A stretch of DNA of 64,000 nt, taken from a virus (taxonomy: Duplodnaviria; Heunggongvirae; Uroviricota; Caudoviricetes). Positions 13,895 through 32,861 of the stretch are shown here, piece after piece (the stretch's first letter is position 1; every line of letters starts with the position of its first letter). The stretch lies in IMG/VR virus record IMGVR_UViG_3300045988_009865, positions 1 through 64,000 of that record, one strand, 5' to 3'. The notes under the pieces were generated by a model. It saw only the letters and a list, made by a program, of their open reading frames with translations. It was not told the origin of the DNA and made no database searches. Made by a program: the position numbers and the translations under genes.

Positions 13895-15241
13895 ATGAGT
13901 TCGAATATCTTCAGACTTGCTGATAGATTATTCAACCAACCTTTACTAGCCACTGAATCATTAGCTCACTCAGCAGCAACTTATGTGAATAACAGATTGC
14001 TGGGTGATGTCCAAGCAGCAGTAAACTTTGATAAACCCAAAGGTGAAGCAAGAAGTCTTTTAAAAGTAAAAGATGACATTGCTATTATCCCTATTATGGG
14101 TGGTTTAACTCATCGTATGACATTCATTGATGCAATGTGTACAGGTGGTCTAAGCTCTTATGAAGGTTTACGTAGAGGCTTTGACGAAGCTTTAGCAGAT
14201 GAGTCAATTAAGACTATTGTTCTGCATATTGATTCTGGTGGTGGTGAAGCTTCAGGTTGCTTTGAATTAGCACGTCACATCATGGCTTCAAGAGGCCAAA
14301 AGAAAATTATTGCTTATGTAGATGAGTTCGCTTGTTCCGCTGCATATGCTCTTGCATCTTCTGCTGAAGAAATTATTGCATCACCAGATGCAGATGTTGG
14401 TTCTATTGGTGTAATCATGGTTCATCAGGAATTAACTAAGGCATTTGAAAAGAATGGCGTAACAATTAACGTCATCAAAGCTGGTGAGTTTAAAGGTATG
14501 GGTTCACCATTCCAAGCACTTTCAGAAGAAAGCAAAGAAAGACTTCAAAAGAGAATTAATGATACCTACGCAACCTTTACAGGTTTTGTAGCCGAATCTC
14601 GTAATCTCTCTGAAGAAGCTGTAAAGAATACTGAGGCGAATGTTTATTCTGCTCAGGAAGCTCTTGAACTTGGTTTAATTAACTCAATCATGTCTCAAGA
14701 TGATTTCTTAAATTACTTACAAGGTTCTGAAGAGGCTCCTGTAAGTTTAAACGTTAACAATTCAGGTGAAGAAATGACTGAACAAGAAAAGCAAGAACTA
14801 GAAGCTTTGCGTCTTCAGGTTGCTCAAATGAAAGCTAAAGAACAGGAAGCTGCTTTGTCAGATTTGACTAATAAGATTTCTGCTTCTGCTGAAGCTTTTG
14901 GATTTGATGCAAAAGAAGCTGCAACGACTATTTTAGGTGCTGGTCTTGATAACCCTCTGAGTGTTCTGTTTATGAATGCTATGGAAGGTGCTAACCAGAA
15001 ACTTAATGAAACTATCGCATCCCATGCTTCTGCAATGGAAGAAAAAGAATCAGAAATTACCAAGCTGAAAGAAACTGCTGGTGCTGTTCTTGAACATTCC
15101 AACGCTATGGAAGAAATGGGTAATGACGGCGAAGCTGATTTGGTTGAAGAAGAAAAAGAACCAGCTAAGAATGCTTCCGAAGACACCGCTGAACAACGCA
15201 AACTGGCTCTCCAGAATGCTCTAAAATCTCTTATCAAATAA
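13895..15241 (+). CDS. prohead protease (S49/ClpP-like) fused to coiled-coil scaffold-like C-terminal domain
   Basis: N-terminal IDSGGGEASG...SIGV motifs typical of S49 head-maturation proteases; C-terminal Glu/Lys/Ala-rich heptad region; position between portal and capsid. Confidence 0.65.
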   Translation: MSSNIFRLADRLFNQPLLATESLAHSAATYVNNRLLGDVQAAVNFDKPKGEARSLLKVKDDIAIIPIMGGLTHRMTFIDAMCTGGLSSYEGLRRGFDEALADESIKTIVLHIDSGGGEASGCFELARHIMASRGQKKIIAYVDEFACSAAYALASSAEEIIASPDADVGSIGVIMVHQELTKAFEKNGVTINVIKAGEFKGMGSPFQALSEESKERLQKRINDTYATFTGFVAESRNLSEEAVKNTEANVYSAQEALELGLINSIMSQDDFLNYLQGSEEAPVSLNVNNSGEEMTEQEKQELEALRLQVAQMKAKEQEAALSDLTNKISASAEAFGFDAKEAATTILGAGLDNPLSVLFMNAMEGANQKLNETIASHASAMEEKESEITKLKETAGAVLEHSNAMEEMGNDGEADLVEEEKEPAKNASEDTAEQRKLALQNALKSLIK

Positions 15242-15252
15242 GGAACACAATA

Positions 15253-15630
15253 ATGGCATATCAAGGTTTTACTAAGTTAGGTAAAAGAGAACCTCTGAAT
15301 GATATCATTCTTTGGGAACAGGTTACCCCAACAGGCCACTCTCGTAAAGAGTACACTCCAGTTGCTTCAACAGAATACCGTGTAGGTGAAGTTCTGAAAG
15401 CAGATGGTACTAAGGTACAAGCTGGAGAAGAAACTCAGGCTGATTCTGTATGTATCGTTAACTTTTATGCAGACCTACAACTGTCTTACCACGGTCAGTT
15501 GAAAGTTGTTGGTATTTACCGTGATGCAGAATTAAAAGACATGCTGACTCTTGAATCAAGCGTTGATGCTGCCGCAGTCAAGAAAGCTCTGGCTGCTAAA
15601 GGTATTGATTTCGTACCAACTGGCCTGTAA
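15253..15630 (+). CDS. hypothetical head protein
   Basis: 125-aa ORF between protease/scaffold and capsid; AAGGAA RBS. Confidence 0.5.
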   Translation: MAYQGFTKLGKREPLNDIILWEQVTPTGHSRKEYTPVASTEYRVGEVLKADGTKVQAGEETQADSVCIVNFYADLQLSYHGQLKVVGIYRDAELKDMLTLESSVDAAAVKKALAAKGIDFVPTGL

Positions 15631-15663
15631 TAACAATAATAAGACATTCTGGAGAATTTTACA

Positions 15664-16770
15664 ATGTTGACTAATTCTGAAAAAAGCAGATTTTTCCTTG
15701 CTGACCTGACTGGTGAAGTCCAGTCTATCCCAAATACTTATGGGTATATTTCCAACTTAGGTCTGTTCCGTTCAGCACCAATCACCCAAACTACTTTCCT
15801 TATGGACTTGACTGATTGGGATGTTAGCTTGCTTGATGCGGTAGACCGTGATAGCCGTAAAGCAGAGACTAGCGCACCTGAGCGTGTTCGTCAAATCAGC
15901 TTCCCAATGATGTACTTCAAAGAAGTTGAAAGCATCACTCCTGATGAAATTCAGGGTGTACGTCAGCCAGGCACTGCAAACGAACTGACTACTGAAGCTG
16001 TAGTACGTGCTAAGAAGCTGATGAAGATTCGTACCAAGTTCGATATTACTCGTGAGTTCCTGTTTATGCAAGCCCTGAAGGGTAAAGTTGTTGATGCTCG
16101 TGGTACGCTGTATGCTGACCTGTACAAGCAGTTCGATGTTGAGAAGAAGACTATTTACTTCGACCTTGATAACCCTAATGCGGATATCGACGCTTCTATC
16201 GAAGAACTGCGTATGCACATGGAAGATGAAGCTAAGACTGGCACTGTAATCAACGGTGAAGAAATTCACGTAGTTGTTGACCGTGTGTTCTTCAGCAAGC
16301 TGACTAAACACCCTAAGATTCGTGATGCTTATCTTGCACAGCAGACTCCACTGGCTTGGCAACAGATTACTGGTTCTCTGAGAACTGGTGGTACTGACGG
16401 CGTTCAGGCTCATATGAACACTTTCTACTACGGTGGTGTTAAGTTTGTCCAGTACAACGGTAAGTTCAAAGACAAGCGTGGTAAGGTTCACACTCTGGTG
16501 AGCATTGATAGCGTAGCAGACACTGTTGGTGTTGGTCATGCTTTCCCTAACGTTTCTATGCTGGGTGAAGCAAACAACATCTTCGAAGTTGCATATGGTC
16601 CATGTCCTAAGATGGGTTATGCAAATACACTTGGTCAGGAACTGTACGTATTCGAATACGAAAAAGACCGTGACGAAGGTATTGACTTCGAAGCTCACTC
16701 TTACATGCTGCCATACTGTACTCGTCCTCAGTTGCTGGTAGATGTTCGCGCTGACGCTCAAGGTGGCTGA
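15664..16770 (+). CDS. major capsid protein
   Basis: 368 aa; position after protease/scaffold; GGAG RBS. Confidence 0.6.
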   Translation: MLTNSEKSRFFLADLTGEVQSIPNTYGYISNLGLFRSAPITQTTFLMDLTDWDVSLLDAVDRDSRKAETSAPERVRQISFPMMYFKEVESITPDEIQGVRQPGTANELTTEAVVRAKKLMKIRTKFDITREFLFMQALKGKVVDARGTLYADLYKQFDVEKKTIYFDLDNPNADIDASIEELRMHMEDEAKTGTVINGEEIHVVVDRVFFSKLTKHPKIRDAYLAQQTPLAWQQITGSLRTGGTDGVQAHMNTFYYGGVKFVQYNGKFKDKRGKVHTLVSIDSVADTVGVGHAFPNVSMLGEANNIFEVAYGPCPKMGYANTLGQELYVFEYEKDRDEGIDFEAHSYMLPYCTRPQLLVDVRADAQGG

Positions 16771-16790
16771 TAAACTTAGGAGGGTTATGA

Positions 16791-17240
16791 ATGTGTTATA
16801 CAGGCGACCCAGCCAATAACCCTCTTGATAGAGTAAGAATCCTCTGCACAGACACCAATAATGATGAAATTCTTATTGAACAGTCTGTGCTAGAGTGGTT
16901 CTATCTAGAATCTGGAAAGGATGAAAAGAAAGCAGCCATCAAAGCTCTTAAATATTTACTCTTTCAAGTAGCCAAGATGGGAGATGAGAAGGTTGGTGGT
17001 GTTTATTTACGTAACTCTTCCAGATTCAAGTCTCTGAAAGCTGTTTATGACGACCTTGTTAAAAGCTCTGTTTCAGGACTACCCTATGCAGGTGGTATTA
17101 ACCAGTGCGACATTGACATGCGTCGTCAGAATCCTTGCTCTGTCAAGAAATACACAGAATATGGTGATGCTGCCAGATACGAAGGCAGAGATTACTGCAA
17201 CCGTGTTAATGGCGTATTTATTATCGAGCGAGATGAATAA
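16791..17240 (+). CDS. hypothetical head-completion protein
   Basis: 149-aa ORF, GGAGGG RBS. Confidence 0.5.
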   Translation: MCYTGDPANNPLDRVRILCTDTNNDEILIEQSVLEWFYLESGKDEKKAAIKALKYLLFQVAKMGDEKVGGVYLRNSSRFKSLKAVYDDLVKSSVSGLPYAGGINQCDIDMRRQNPCSVKKYTEYGDAARYEGRDYCNRVNGVFIIERDE

Positions 17241-17722
17241 TGGTTAAAAGGGTTATTCACCCCGCTAGAGCAAAATTAGTCGGGGCTATGAAGAACTTGC
17301 AAACGGCTAATGCTCAAGTTGGGTATTTTCAAGAACAAGGTCAACATAGCTCTGGTTTTTCTTATCCTGCTTTAATGTATTTGCAAGAAGTTATTGGGGT
17401 TCCTTCAGCTTCTGGTAAAGTATATCGTAGGTTGTTTGAAATCACTATGATGCTAAACAAACAGACCTTGTTAGAGCAGACTAAGAAGAATCTATATAAG
17501 CAACTTAGCAGTCTCAACACAGACCCTTCAAATACCTTAGAAGCATTTGCAAAGAATGCTCAGAAGGCAATTAAAAGAGGTTTTGGTAATTCTGCTATCC
17601 TCCCTCCTAACGCACCTTCCACAGTCAAGAAAAAAGGCTTTAATGCACCTCTTGTTGAGACAGGTGACTTAAGGGAGAACCTTGCTTATAAAATTTCTAC
17701 TAAGAAGGGTATTAAAAAATGA
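17240..17722 (+). CDS. hypothetical head-tail joining protein
   Basis: 160-aa ORF, start/stop overlap. Confidence 0.5.
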   Translation: MVKRVIHPARAKLVGAMKNLQTANAQVGYFQEQGQHSSGFSYPALMYLQEVIGVPSASGKVYRRLFEITMMLNKQTLLEQTKKNLYKQLSSLNTDPSNTLEAFAKNAQKAIKRGFGNSAILPPNAPSTVKKKGFNAPLVETGDLRENLAYKISTKKGIKK

Positions 17723-18120
17723 GACTCTTAAATAGACACAGCTTTGTAGTAAAGCGTAAAGTCTCTGAAGATGGTTATTATAATGATGATGGTGATTGGG
17801 TAGCTTCACAAAATATTGTAGAGGTTAATTGTAAAGGTAATATCCAGCCATATATCAAAGGTTCTGTAAAGAACGGTACACAGATTGCTTTACCGGAAGG
17901 TATTAGACTTACTGATACAAGAATCCTGTATACCACATATAAACTTAGAACTTCAGATGATGTAGAGTGGAATGAGTCTGACATTGTTATGATTGATGGT
18001 CATGAGTATGAAGTATTTATGACTATGGATTGGTCACAGCAATTAGCCCATACGTCCCATTATGAATATATCATTATTAGAAGGGATAAAATGAATGCAG
18101 TTAGAAACAGCAGAACTTGA
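17719..18120 (+). CDS. hypothetical protein
   Basis: 133-aa ORF, overlapping start. Confidence 0.5.
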   Translation: MRLLNRHSFVVKRKVSEDGYYNDDGDWVASQNIVEVNCKGNIQPYIKGSVKNGTQIALPEGIRLTDTRILYTTYKLRTSDDVEWNESDIVMIDGHEYEVFMTMDWSQQLAHTSHYEYIIIRRDKMNAVRNSRT

Positions 18121-18694
18121 AAAAGGTCTAGTTAGAACCTTAGTGGATGTTATTGGTCACAGACTAGCTCGTGATAAGAATAATAGACCAAACGTAATTA
18201 GAGCTTACCCTTCTGATAACTCAAATGACAAAGGTTTAAAACCTGACCAGCCATTTATTACCGTATATTGTCAAGATGCTGCAACACCTTATGGTTGGGT
18301 TCTTGATAAATTTGTTGAGGATGATGTAGTTTGCTACAGAATTGCTTTTCAGATTCCAGTATTGATTACGGTGAATGGTAAAGGTGCTCACAGTATTATG
18401 CTTGAGCTTAAACAACGATTAGAGATGAGTTCAGTCAGAGATTTAATCCTTGAAGAAACAGGAGCTACAGTACTAGACACTGGAGCAATCCCGAATGATT
18501 ACACTTATCTCAATACAGATTTCGAAAATTCTGCACCTCTTGTTGTAACTCTTGTAAAAAACTCAGTCCTGAAAGATGAACGTGGAAGTATTATTGAGCG
18601 TGTCATTGTTGATGGTGAGTTGGTTTATGAAGAAGGACAAGAGCCACCAGAATATACTATCCATCTAGATGTAGACTCCAAAGGGGTAAAATAA
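18095..18694 (+). CDS. hypothetical tail-completion protein
   Basis: 199-aa ORF. Confidence 0.5.
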   Translation: MQLETAELEKGLVRTLVDVIGHRLARDKNNRPNVIRAYPSDNSNDKGLKPDQPFITVYCQDAATPYGWVLDKFVEDDVVCYRIAFQIPVLITVNGKGAHSIMLELKQRLEMSSVRDLILEETGATVLDTGAIPNDYTYLNTDFENSAPLVVTLVKNSVLKDERGSIIERVIVDGELVYEEGQEPPEYTIHLDVDSKGVK

Positions 18695-20047
18695 ATGTGG
18701 AATCCAATTGTTAATGTAGATATTACATTGAACACCGCAGGAACTACAAGAGAAGGTTTTGGTTTACCACTATTCTTAGCTTCAACAGATAACTTTGAAG
18801 AAAGAGTGCGTGGCTACACTTCCTTAACTGAAGTTGCTGAAGATTTCGATGAGAAGACTGCTGCATATAAGGCTGCTAAACAACTTTGGAGTCAGACTCC
18901 TAAAGTAACTCAGCTTTATATTGGTAGACGTGCTATGCAGTACACTGTATCAATTCCTGATGCCGTTACCGAAAGTACAGACTACTCGATTGCTGTAGCT
19001 GCTGGTGGTGGAATTTCTCAACCATACCAGTATACAGCGCAAGACTCAGACACTGCTGAAGTGGTGTTGCAACAGTTTAAAACACAGATTGAAGCTGACC
19101 CAACAATCAAAGATAAGGTTTCTGTGAACGTAACTGGTAGCAATGGTTCTGCCACAATGATTATCACTAAAGCTGGTGACAATGATTTTGTGAAGGTAAC
19201 CACTACAGCACAAACTGTATCTATTGCAAGCACAACTGCTGATACAGCATCAACTGCTCTGGCAGCTATTGAAGCTTATTCTACCGACTGGTATTTCATT
19301 GCAGCAGAAGACAGAACTCAACAGTTTGTCTTAGCAATGGCTTCTGAGATTCAGGCTCGTAAGAAGATTTTCTTTACAGCTAACTCTGATGTAACAGCAC
19401 TACAAGGCACAGAATTAGCTAGTGCAAATGATGTTCCAGCACAGCTTGCTAAGAGTCAGTACACTCGTACCGTTTGCTTGTGGCATCACACAGCATCAGA
19501 AGACTACCCAGAAATGGCATACATTGCTTATGGTGCTCCATATGATGCAGGTTCGATTGCTTGGGGTAATGCACAGTTAACTGGTGTAGCTGCTTCTCTA
19601 CAGCCAGCTAATAAGAGACCTCTGACAAGTATTCAGAAGTCAGCTTTAGATGTACGCCACTGTAACTTTATTGACCTTGATGGTGGTGTTCCAGTGGTTC
19701 GTAGAGGTATTACTTCTGGTGGGGAATGGATTGATATCGTCCGTGGTGTTGACTGGTTAGAATCAGACCTGAAAACTTCTCTGAGAGACTTGCTAATTAA
19801 CCAGAAGGGTGGTAAGATTACTTATGATGATACTGGTATTACCCGTATTCGTCAAGTCATTGAAACCTCTCTACAAAGAGCAGTCAACAGAAACTTCCTG
19901 TCATCTTACACAGTTAATGTTCCTAAAGCCTCTCAAGTTGCTTTGGCAGACAAGAAAGCTCGTATCCTGAAAGATGTTACCTTCGCAGGTATCTTAGCAG
20001 GGGCTATCTTGGATGTTGACTTGAAAGGTACAGTGGCTTACGAATAA
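18695..20047 (+). CDS. tail sheath protein (by position and size)
   Basis: 450 aa immediately upstream of a 148-aa tube-sized protein; gpV/W/J-like baseplate genes downstream. Confidence 0.5.
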   Translation: MWNPIVNVDITLNTAGTTREGFGLPLFLASTDNFEERVRGYTSLTEVAEDFDEKTAAYKAAKQLWSQTPKVTQLYIGRRAMQYTVSIPDAVTESTDYSIAVAAGGGISQPYQYTAQDSDTAEVVLQQFKTQIEADPTIKDKVSVNVTGSNGSATMIITKAGDNDFVKVTTTAQTVSIASTTADTASTALAAIEAYSTDWYFIAAEDRTQQFVLAMASEIQARKKIFFTANSDVTALQGTELASANDVPAQLAKSQYTRTVCLWHHTASEDYPEMAYIAYGAPYDAGSIAWGNAQLTGVAASLQPANKRPLTSIQKSALDVRHCNFIDLDGGVPVVRRGITSGGEWIDIVRGVDWLESDLKTSLRDLLINQKGGKITYDDTGITRIRQVIETSLQRAVNRNFLSSYTVNVPKASQVALADKKARILKDVTFAGILAGAILDVDLKGTVAYE

Positions 20048-20062
20048 TAGAGGTAAATTGGA

Positions 20063-20509
20063 ATGGCTATGTATCAGCAATATTCCCCTAAAGACGTTGT
20101 ATGTAGCTGGAACGGCATTGCTATTGAAGGCTTTGCTCCAGATTCATTCTTACGTCTACAGAGAACATCACCACTTATTACACCAGTTGTAGGTGCAGGT
20201 GGTCAGGTTGCTCTGACAAGAAATGCAGACAAGACAGGTACTATTGAGATTGAGCTAATGCAGACTTCTCTCTCTAATCAGATGCTTTCTGCAATTCAAG
20301 CTAAACAAGACAATATGGAACTTGAAGAAGATATCTCTTCTAACTTCGTAATCTACGACCCATCAGGCTCTGTTCTGGCAACTGGTATTAATGCTTGGTT
20401 GCAGGAATTACCACAGATTGAACTTGGTCGTGACCAGAACTCTAAAACTTGGATTTTTGGTTGTGAGAAGCTAGACTACACTTCAACAATTCCAGCGTCA
20501 AGTGTTTAA
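20063..20509 (+). CDS. tail tube protein (by position and size)
   Basis: 148 aa; GAGG RBS; followed by strong terminator. Confidence 0.5.
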   Translation: MAMYQQYSPKDVVCSWNGIAIEGFAPDSFLRLQRTSPLITPVVGAGGQVALTRNADKTGTIEIELMQTSLSNQMLSAIQAKQDNMELEEDISSNFVIYDPSGSVLATGINAWLQELPQIELGRDQNSKTWIFGCEKLDYTSTIPASSV

Positions 20510-20521
20510 TAAATCCTATAA

Positions 20522-20556
20522 GGGGGAGACTTTAAAAGGTCTTCCCCTTTTTTGTT
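20522..20556 (+). terminator. rho-independent terminator after sheath/tube genes
   Basis: GGGGGAGAC-TTTAAAA-GGTCTTCCCC then TTTTTT. Confidence 0.7.
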
Positions 20557-20582
20557 TCTTTTAAAAGTATTAAGGAATCACA

Positions 20583-20981
20583 ATGAAAACAGAATCTAGA
20601 GTAATTAATGGTAAGAAAGTAAATATCGTTCTGCTTGGGGCAAGAGATGGTATTAAGATGTCTATGAAGTTGGGTAAAATTGTTGTTCCAACTTTTGCAC
20701 AGATGCTATCAAGTCTGACTGATAAAGATAAGAAAGAAGCTCCAATGGTTCCATTTAAAGAACTTGTTGAAGCTTGTTTTGACAGAATTGAAGAAATTAA
20801 CCTTGAAGAAATGGCTACCCTATTATTTCAAGGGGCAACTGTTGATGACTTCCCACTTAATATTGATACATACTTCCAAGCAAACTATGGTGAATTTATT
20901 GATTACTTAGCATTTGCGCTGGAGGCAAATTTCGGAAGTTTTTTCGAAGCAAGCATTTTCAAAAGCCTAACTTCTCAGTAA
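20583..20981 (+). CDS. tail assembly chaperone (gpG-like)
   Basis: 132 aa between tube and tape measure; contains slippery site. Confidence 0.55.
   Translation: MKTESRVINGKKVNIVLLGARDGIKMSMKLGKIVVPTFAQMLSSLTDKDKKEAPMVPFKELVEACFDRIEEINLEEMATLLFQGATVDDFPLNIDTYFQANYGEFIDYLAFALEANFGSFFEASIFKSLTSQ
20939..20945 (+). other. -1 programmed ribosomal frameshift slippery heptamer T TTT TTC
   Basis: in zero frame of 20583..20981 as X XXY YYZ; -1 frame is open from here through ORF 20984..21223. Confidence 0.55.
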
Positions 20982-20983
20982 AC

Positions 20984-21222
20984 ATGGGTAACACTCTACA
21001 GACACCACTAACTGATGCTGCTGTAGAGGCAACCTATGAAGAAGCAGACGAGATGAAATTTGTGCTTGCTATTTATGGTATGGAAGGGTGTAAAGAAACA
21101 CTTGACCAACTCTTTGCTATGACATTCTCTGATTTATTATCATTGAGACAATTTCTTGAGATTCAGAGGTCGTATAAAGAGGAAATTGCTTACAACGAAC
21201 TTAGAAGAGCAGGAAAAATGTA

Positions 21223-21223
<1 letters not shown>
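20984..21223 (+). CDS. tail assembly chaperone C-terminal extension (gpGT-like), probably made by -1 frameshift from 20583..20981
   Basis: 79-aa ORF in -1 frame relative to upstream chaperone, ends where tape measure starts. Confidence 0.5.
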
Positions 21224-29239
<8,016 letters not shown>

Positions 29240-29241
29240 TA

Positions 29242-30429
29242 ATGGCAGTAGGTGAAATTCAAATTAGTGCCTTGCCTCAAGCAGCCTTACCAATTGACCT
29301 TAGTGATATCTTCCATCTTAAGCAGGGTATTGAGGATAAGAGATGTACTCTTGAGCAATTACTTGCTCCACACTCAAGCCTAAAAAATAACCCTCATGGT
29401 GTTACTAAAACACAAATTGGTTTAGATAATGTTATTAATGCTCTTCAGTTAGTTGCTGCAAATAACTTATCAGATATTGTTAATGTAGCTGAGGCAAGAG
29501 CAAATCTACAGATTATGTCTTCAGAAGAGGTTAATAACCTTGTCCAGCAACATATCAAGGACAAGAGTAACCCACACAATACAACTAAGGCACAGGTTGG
29601 TTTAAGTAATGTTCAGAACTGGACAACATCTAACCTGTATAATGAAGATGCAGATAAGTATGCTACAGCAAGAGCAGTAAATAACTTGTACAAGGCTGTT
29701 CAGGCTTCTTATCCAGTAGGTACTATCCATCTTTCTATGAACTCTGCAAACCCTTCTACATACTTAATTTGTGGAGGTACTTGGGAGTTAGTTTCAAAAG
29801 GTAGGGCATTGGTTGGTTATGACTCTGATACAAGGCCAGCAGGTTCTGTATTTGGTGCTTCAACTGTCACTTTGTCAGTTAATAATATGCCTCAACACTC
29901 ACACTCTGTGTCTCTCAGTGGTGGTGGTCACACTCATAATGCAACTGTTTCAATCTCAGCTTTTGACTATGGAACAAAGACTACCAACTCTTTTGACTAT
30001 GGAACAAAGACCACTAACACAACTGGTAACCACAATCACGTTGGTAGTGGGTCAACAAGTGCTGCTGGTGCTCACAACCACAGATTGACTTATGAAGCAG
30101 GTGGTGGTCTGTCGGAAAGACCTGCAATGGTTTGGTCTACAAGGAATGACCAATCGTGGTACTCAGCAGATGCTGTCTGCGAAGTCGCTGGTTCGCACAC
30201 CCACTCTTTTAGCGTTACCACTAACACAACTGGTAACCACAATCACACAGTGGGTATTGGTGCTCATAGCCATACAGTTGGTATTGGTTCACATACACAC
30301 AACGGTACTGTGACAGTTTCTTCTTCTGAGCATACACATAGTGGAAACACGAATAGTGTTGGTGGTGGACAAGCTTTCAACATTGAGCAGCCATCATTCG
30401 TACTGTATGTATGGCAGAGAACAGCTTAA
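29242..30429 (+). CDS. tail fiber protein with His-rich (HxH) C-terminal repeats
   Basis: 395 aa; tandem SFDYGTKTTN repeats; HSHSVSLSGGGHTHN, GNHNHVGSGSTSAAGAHNH, GAHSHTVGIGSHTHNG motifs; shares C-terminal module with 30476..32854. Confidence 0.6.
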   Translation: MAVGEIQISALPQAALPIDLSDIFHLKQGIEDKRCTLEQLLAPHSSLKNNPHGVTKTQIGLDNVINALQLVAANNLSDIVNVAEARANLQIMSSEEVNNLVQQHIKDKSNPHNTTKAQVGLSNVQNWTTSNLYNEDADKYATARAVNNLYKAVQASYPVGTIHLSMNSANPSTYLICGGTWELVSKGRALVGYDSDTRPAGSVFGASTVTLSVNNMPQHSHSVSLSGGGHTHNATVSISAFDYGTKTTNSFDYGTKTTNTTGNHNHVGSGSTSAAGAHNHRLTYEAGGGLSERPAMVWSTRNDQSWYSADAVCEVAGSHTHSFSVTTNTTGNHNHTVGIGAHSHTVGIGSHTHNGTVTVSSSEHTHSGNTNSVGGGQAFNIEQPSFVLYVWQRTA

Positions 30430-30438
30430 TTTCTTTAC

Positions 30439-30460
30439 AGGGGCTTTATAGCCCCTTTTA
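30439..30460 (+). terminator. hairpin AGGGGCT-TTAT-AGCCCCT then TTT
   Basis: between the two fiber genes; short T-run. Confidence 0.5.
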
Positions 30461-30475
30461 AGAGGATAATATATA

Positions 30476-32854
30476 ATGGCAGATTACAAATTGAGTGAAT
30501 TAAACTCAATCGATACAATCCGTTCAGATGACCTTCTTCATGTCAGAGTTAAAAAGAGACCTGAAATGCTGGGTGATGAAGACCGTCGAATGACCTATCA
30601 AGACTTCTTAGCATCTTTTAAGCTTGAGAGATTTGTTCAGATTATTGGTAGTACCATGACGGGTGATTTAGGGATTGTTAAGTTACTTTATGGTGGTAAG
30701 GTAGTATTTAACCCGACAGGCTCTTCTGAGATTAATATCGGGGATGTTTTAAAGACTTTTAAAATTAACGCAAACGGTCTTAAACTAACTGTTGCAGATG
30801 CTTCAAGGTCAGCAACTGTTTACCATACTCTGAATAAACCAAGTCCTAATGAGCTTGGGATGAGAACTAATGAAGAGAATGATGCGAGATACTCAAGATT
30901 AGCTGCAAATAACATCTTTACCTTCCAACAGGTTATTCAAGCAAATGGCGAAGCTATTAGACTAAAAAACTCTTCTGAGAACTCACCGTTGTATATTAGA
31001 GGTCAGGACAGCACTGGTGCTAATAGGTGGTATGTAGGTAATGGTTCAGGGAATGATGATGTTATTATCCACAACTACAAGACAGGTTGTGAAGTTAATC
31101 TGTCTAGTGTTGCTGCTATTAGCAAAACACTAAGAATCACTGGTCAAGTTCAACCATCTGACTTCTCTAACTTAGATGCTAGATATTTTACTCAGACAGT
31201 AGCTAATCAGAGATTTGCACAGTTAGCTGGTAATAATACATTTAGTGGCTCTAATATTTTCACTAACTTTGTTGTTAAGAAGAATGCTAATGCTATTACT
31301 CTTCAAAATGTAGATACCACTGCGGCTTTGTATATCCAAGCAAGAAAATCAGATGGAACTAATAAGTGGTACATTGGTAATGACGGTGATGAGAACATTG
31401 TAAACATCTATAACTATTTAGCAAAAACACAAATCTCATTAGGCAACACCATTACCATGAGCAGAACAGTCCAAATTGGTGGTCAAGTTCAACCTTCTGA
31501 TTGGTCTAACATTGACTCTAGATACATTCCAGCAGCTACTTTGAGTAATCTTGCTAAACTTAATGTGGCAAACACTTTTACAAATGTGCAGACTATTGTA
31601 TCGAACAATGAAGGCGTAGTATTAAGAAACTTAACACAGGGGCAGCCACAATATATCCGTGGTGTTGATACTGCGAACGTATCTAGGTGGTGGGTAGGTG
31701 TAGGTGGTACAAATTCTACTGATGTAGCCTTAAACAACAGCTTTTCTGGGACTCAAATTACTCTTATGACTTCAGCGATTAAGGCCAATAAGAGTCTAAC
31801 CATCACTGGTCAAGTTCAACCTTCTGATTGGTCTAACTTGGATGCTAGATATTTTGTTAAAACTCAGTTATTAAATCAATCCTTAATGACTGTCTCTGTA
31901 GATAACCTTGAAAACCCTTCAGCATTTAATCTTGGATATTCAGGTTTTGTCAGAAACAACAGTGTGACTAGTGGTCTGAAAGAGTTGGCAATTCATGTTG
32001 CTCACTCTAGTAAGTCTGCTGCACATGCAAGGGGTATCTCTTTTGTATACGGTTCAAACGGTTTGGCAACATTCACCTATGCCTATGACAAAAATGGTGA
32101 CTATGCCGGAGAAGCACAACTTTATACAACTGATTTTAAACCAACCCCTTCAGATATCGGTGCATACACTAAAGCTGAAACTGACCAGAAGATTGCACAG
32201 GCAGTAAGTGACTCTACAGACCTTAACAAAATCTATCCAGTTGGCATTGTAACGTGGTTTAACAGTAATGTTGACCCTAACACAGTGTTGCCTGGGTTAA
32301 CTTGGACGTACCTGAACAATGGTGTTGGTAGGACTATCAGAATCGCAGCAGCAAATGGTTCAGATGTTGCTACAACTGGTGGTTCAGATTCTGTAACGTT
32401 AGCTGTTGGTAACTTACCATCACACACTCACAGTTTCTCTGCTACCACTTCATCTTTTGATTATGGTACAAAGGGAACTAATAGTACTGGTGGTCATACT
32501 CACTCTGTAAGTGGTACAACAAGTGCTGCTGGTAACCACGCGCACCACTTAGGTCTGCTATTAGTTAACGGTGGTGACGCTTTGTACGGGTATACAACCG
32601 TTGGTAACAAGAAGACAAGGACTCTTGACTGGCTTGACAGAACTGATAACAAGTTTCCTAACACTAACACAACTGGTAACCATACACATACATGGTCTGG
32701 TACTACAAGCGGTGCTGGCGACCATTCCCACTCTGTAGGTATTGGTGCTCATAGCCATACAGTTAGTGGTAACACCGGTAGCACAGGTTCTGGTTCAGCA
32801 TTTAGTGTTACTAACCAGTTCTACAAGTTAATGGCTTGGGTAAGAACTGCTTAA
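30476..32854 (+). CDS. long tail fiber protein with internal repeats and His-rich C-terminal module
   Basis: 792 aa; three ITGQVQPSD(F/W)SNLDARYF repeats; C-terminal [21 protein letters not shown]...GNHTHTWSG...[18 protein letters not shown]. Confidence 0.6.
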   Translation: MADYKLSELNSIDTIRSDDLLHVRVKKRPEMLGDEDRRMTYQDFLASFKLERFVQIIGSTMTGDLGIVKLLYGGKVVFNPTGSSEINIGDVLKTFKINANGLKLTVADASRSATVYHTLNKPSPNELGMRTNEENDARYSRLAANNIFTFQQVIQANGEAIRLKNSSENSPLYIRGQDSTGANRWYVGNGSGNDDVIIHNYKTGCEVNLSSVAAISKTLRITGQVQPSDFSNLDARYFTQTVANQRFAQLAGNNTFSGSNIFTNFVVKKNANAITLQNVDTTAALYIQARKSDGTNKWYIGNDGDENIVNIYNYLAKTQISLGNTITMSRTVQIGGQVQPSDWSNIDSRYIPAATLSNLAKLNVANTFTNVQTIVSNNEGVVLRNLTQGQPQYIRGVDTANVSRWWVGVGGTNSTDVALNNSFSGTQITLMTSAIKANKSLTITGQVQPSDWSNLDARYFVKTQLLNQSLMTVSVDNLENPSAFNLGYSGFVRNNSVTSGLKELAIHVAHSSKSAAHARGISFVYGSNGLATFTYAYDKNGDYAGEAQLYTTDFKPTPSDIGAYTKAETDQKIAQAVSDSTDLNKIYPVGIVTWFNSNVDPNTVLPGLTWTYLNNGVGRTIRIAAANGSDVATTGGSDSVTLAVGNLPSHTHSFSATTSSFDYGTKGTNSTGGHTHSVSGTTSAAGNHAHHLGLLLVNGGDALYGYTTVGNKKTRTLDWLDRTDNKFPNTNTTGNHTHTWSGTTSGAGDHSHSVGIGAHSHTVSGNTGSTGSGSAFSVTNQFYKLMAWVRTA

Positions 32855-32861
32855 TCCCTTA

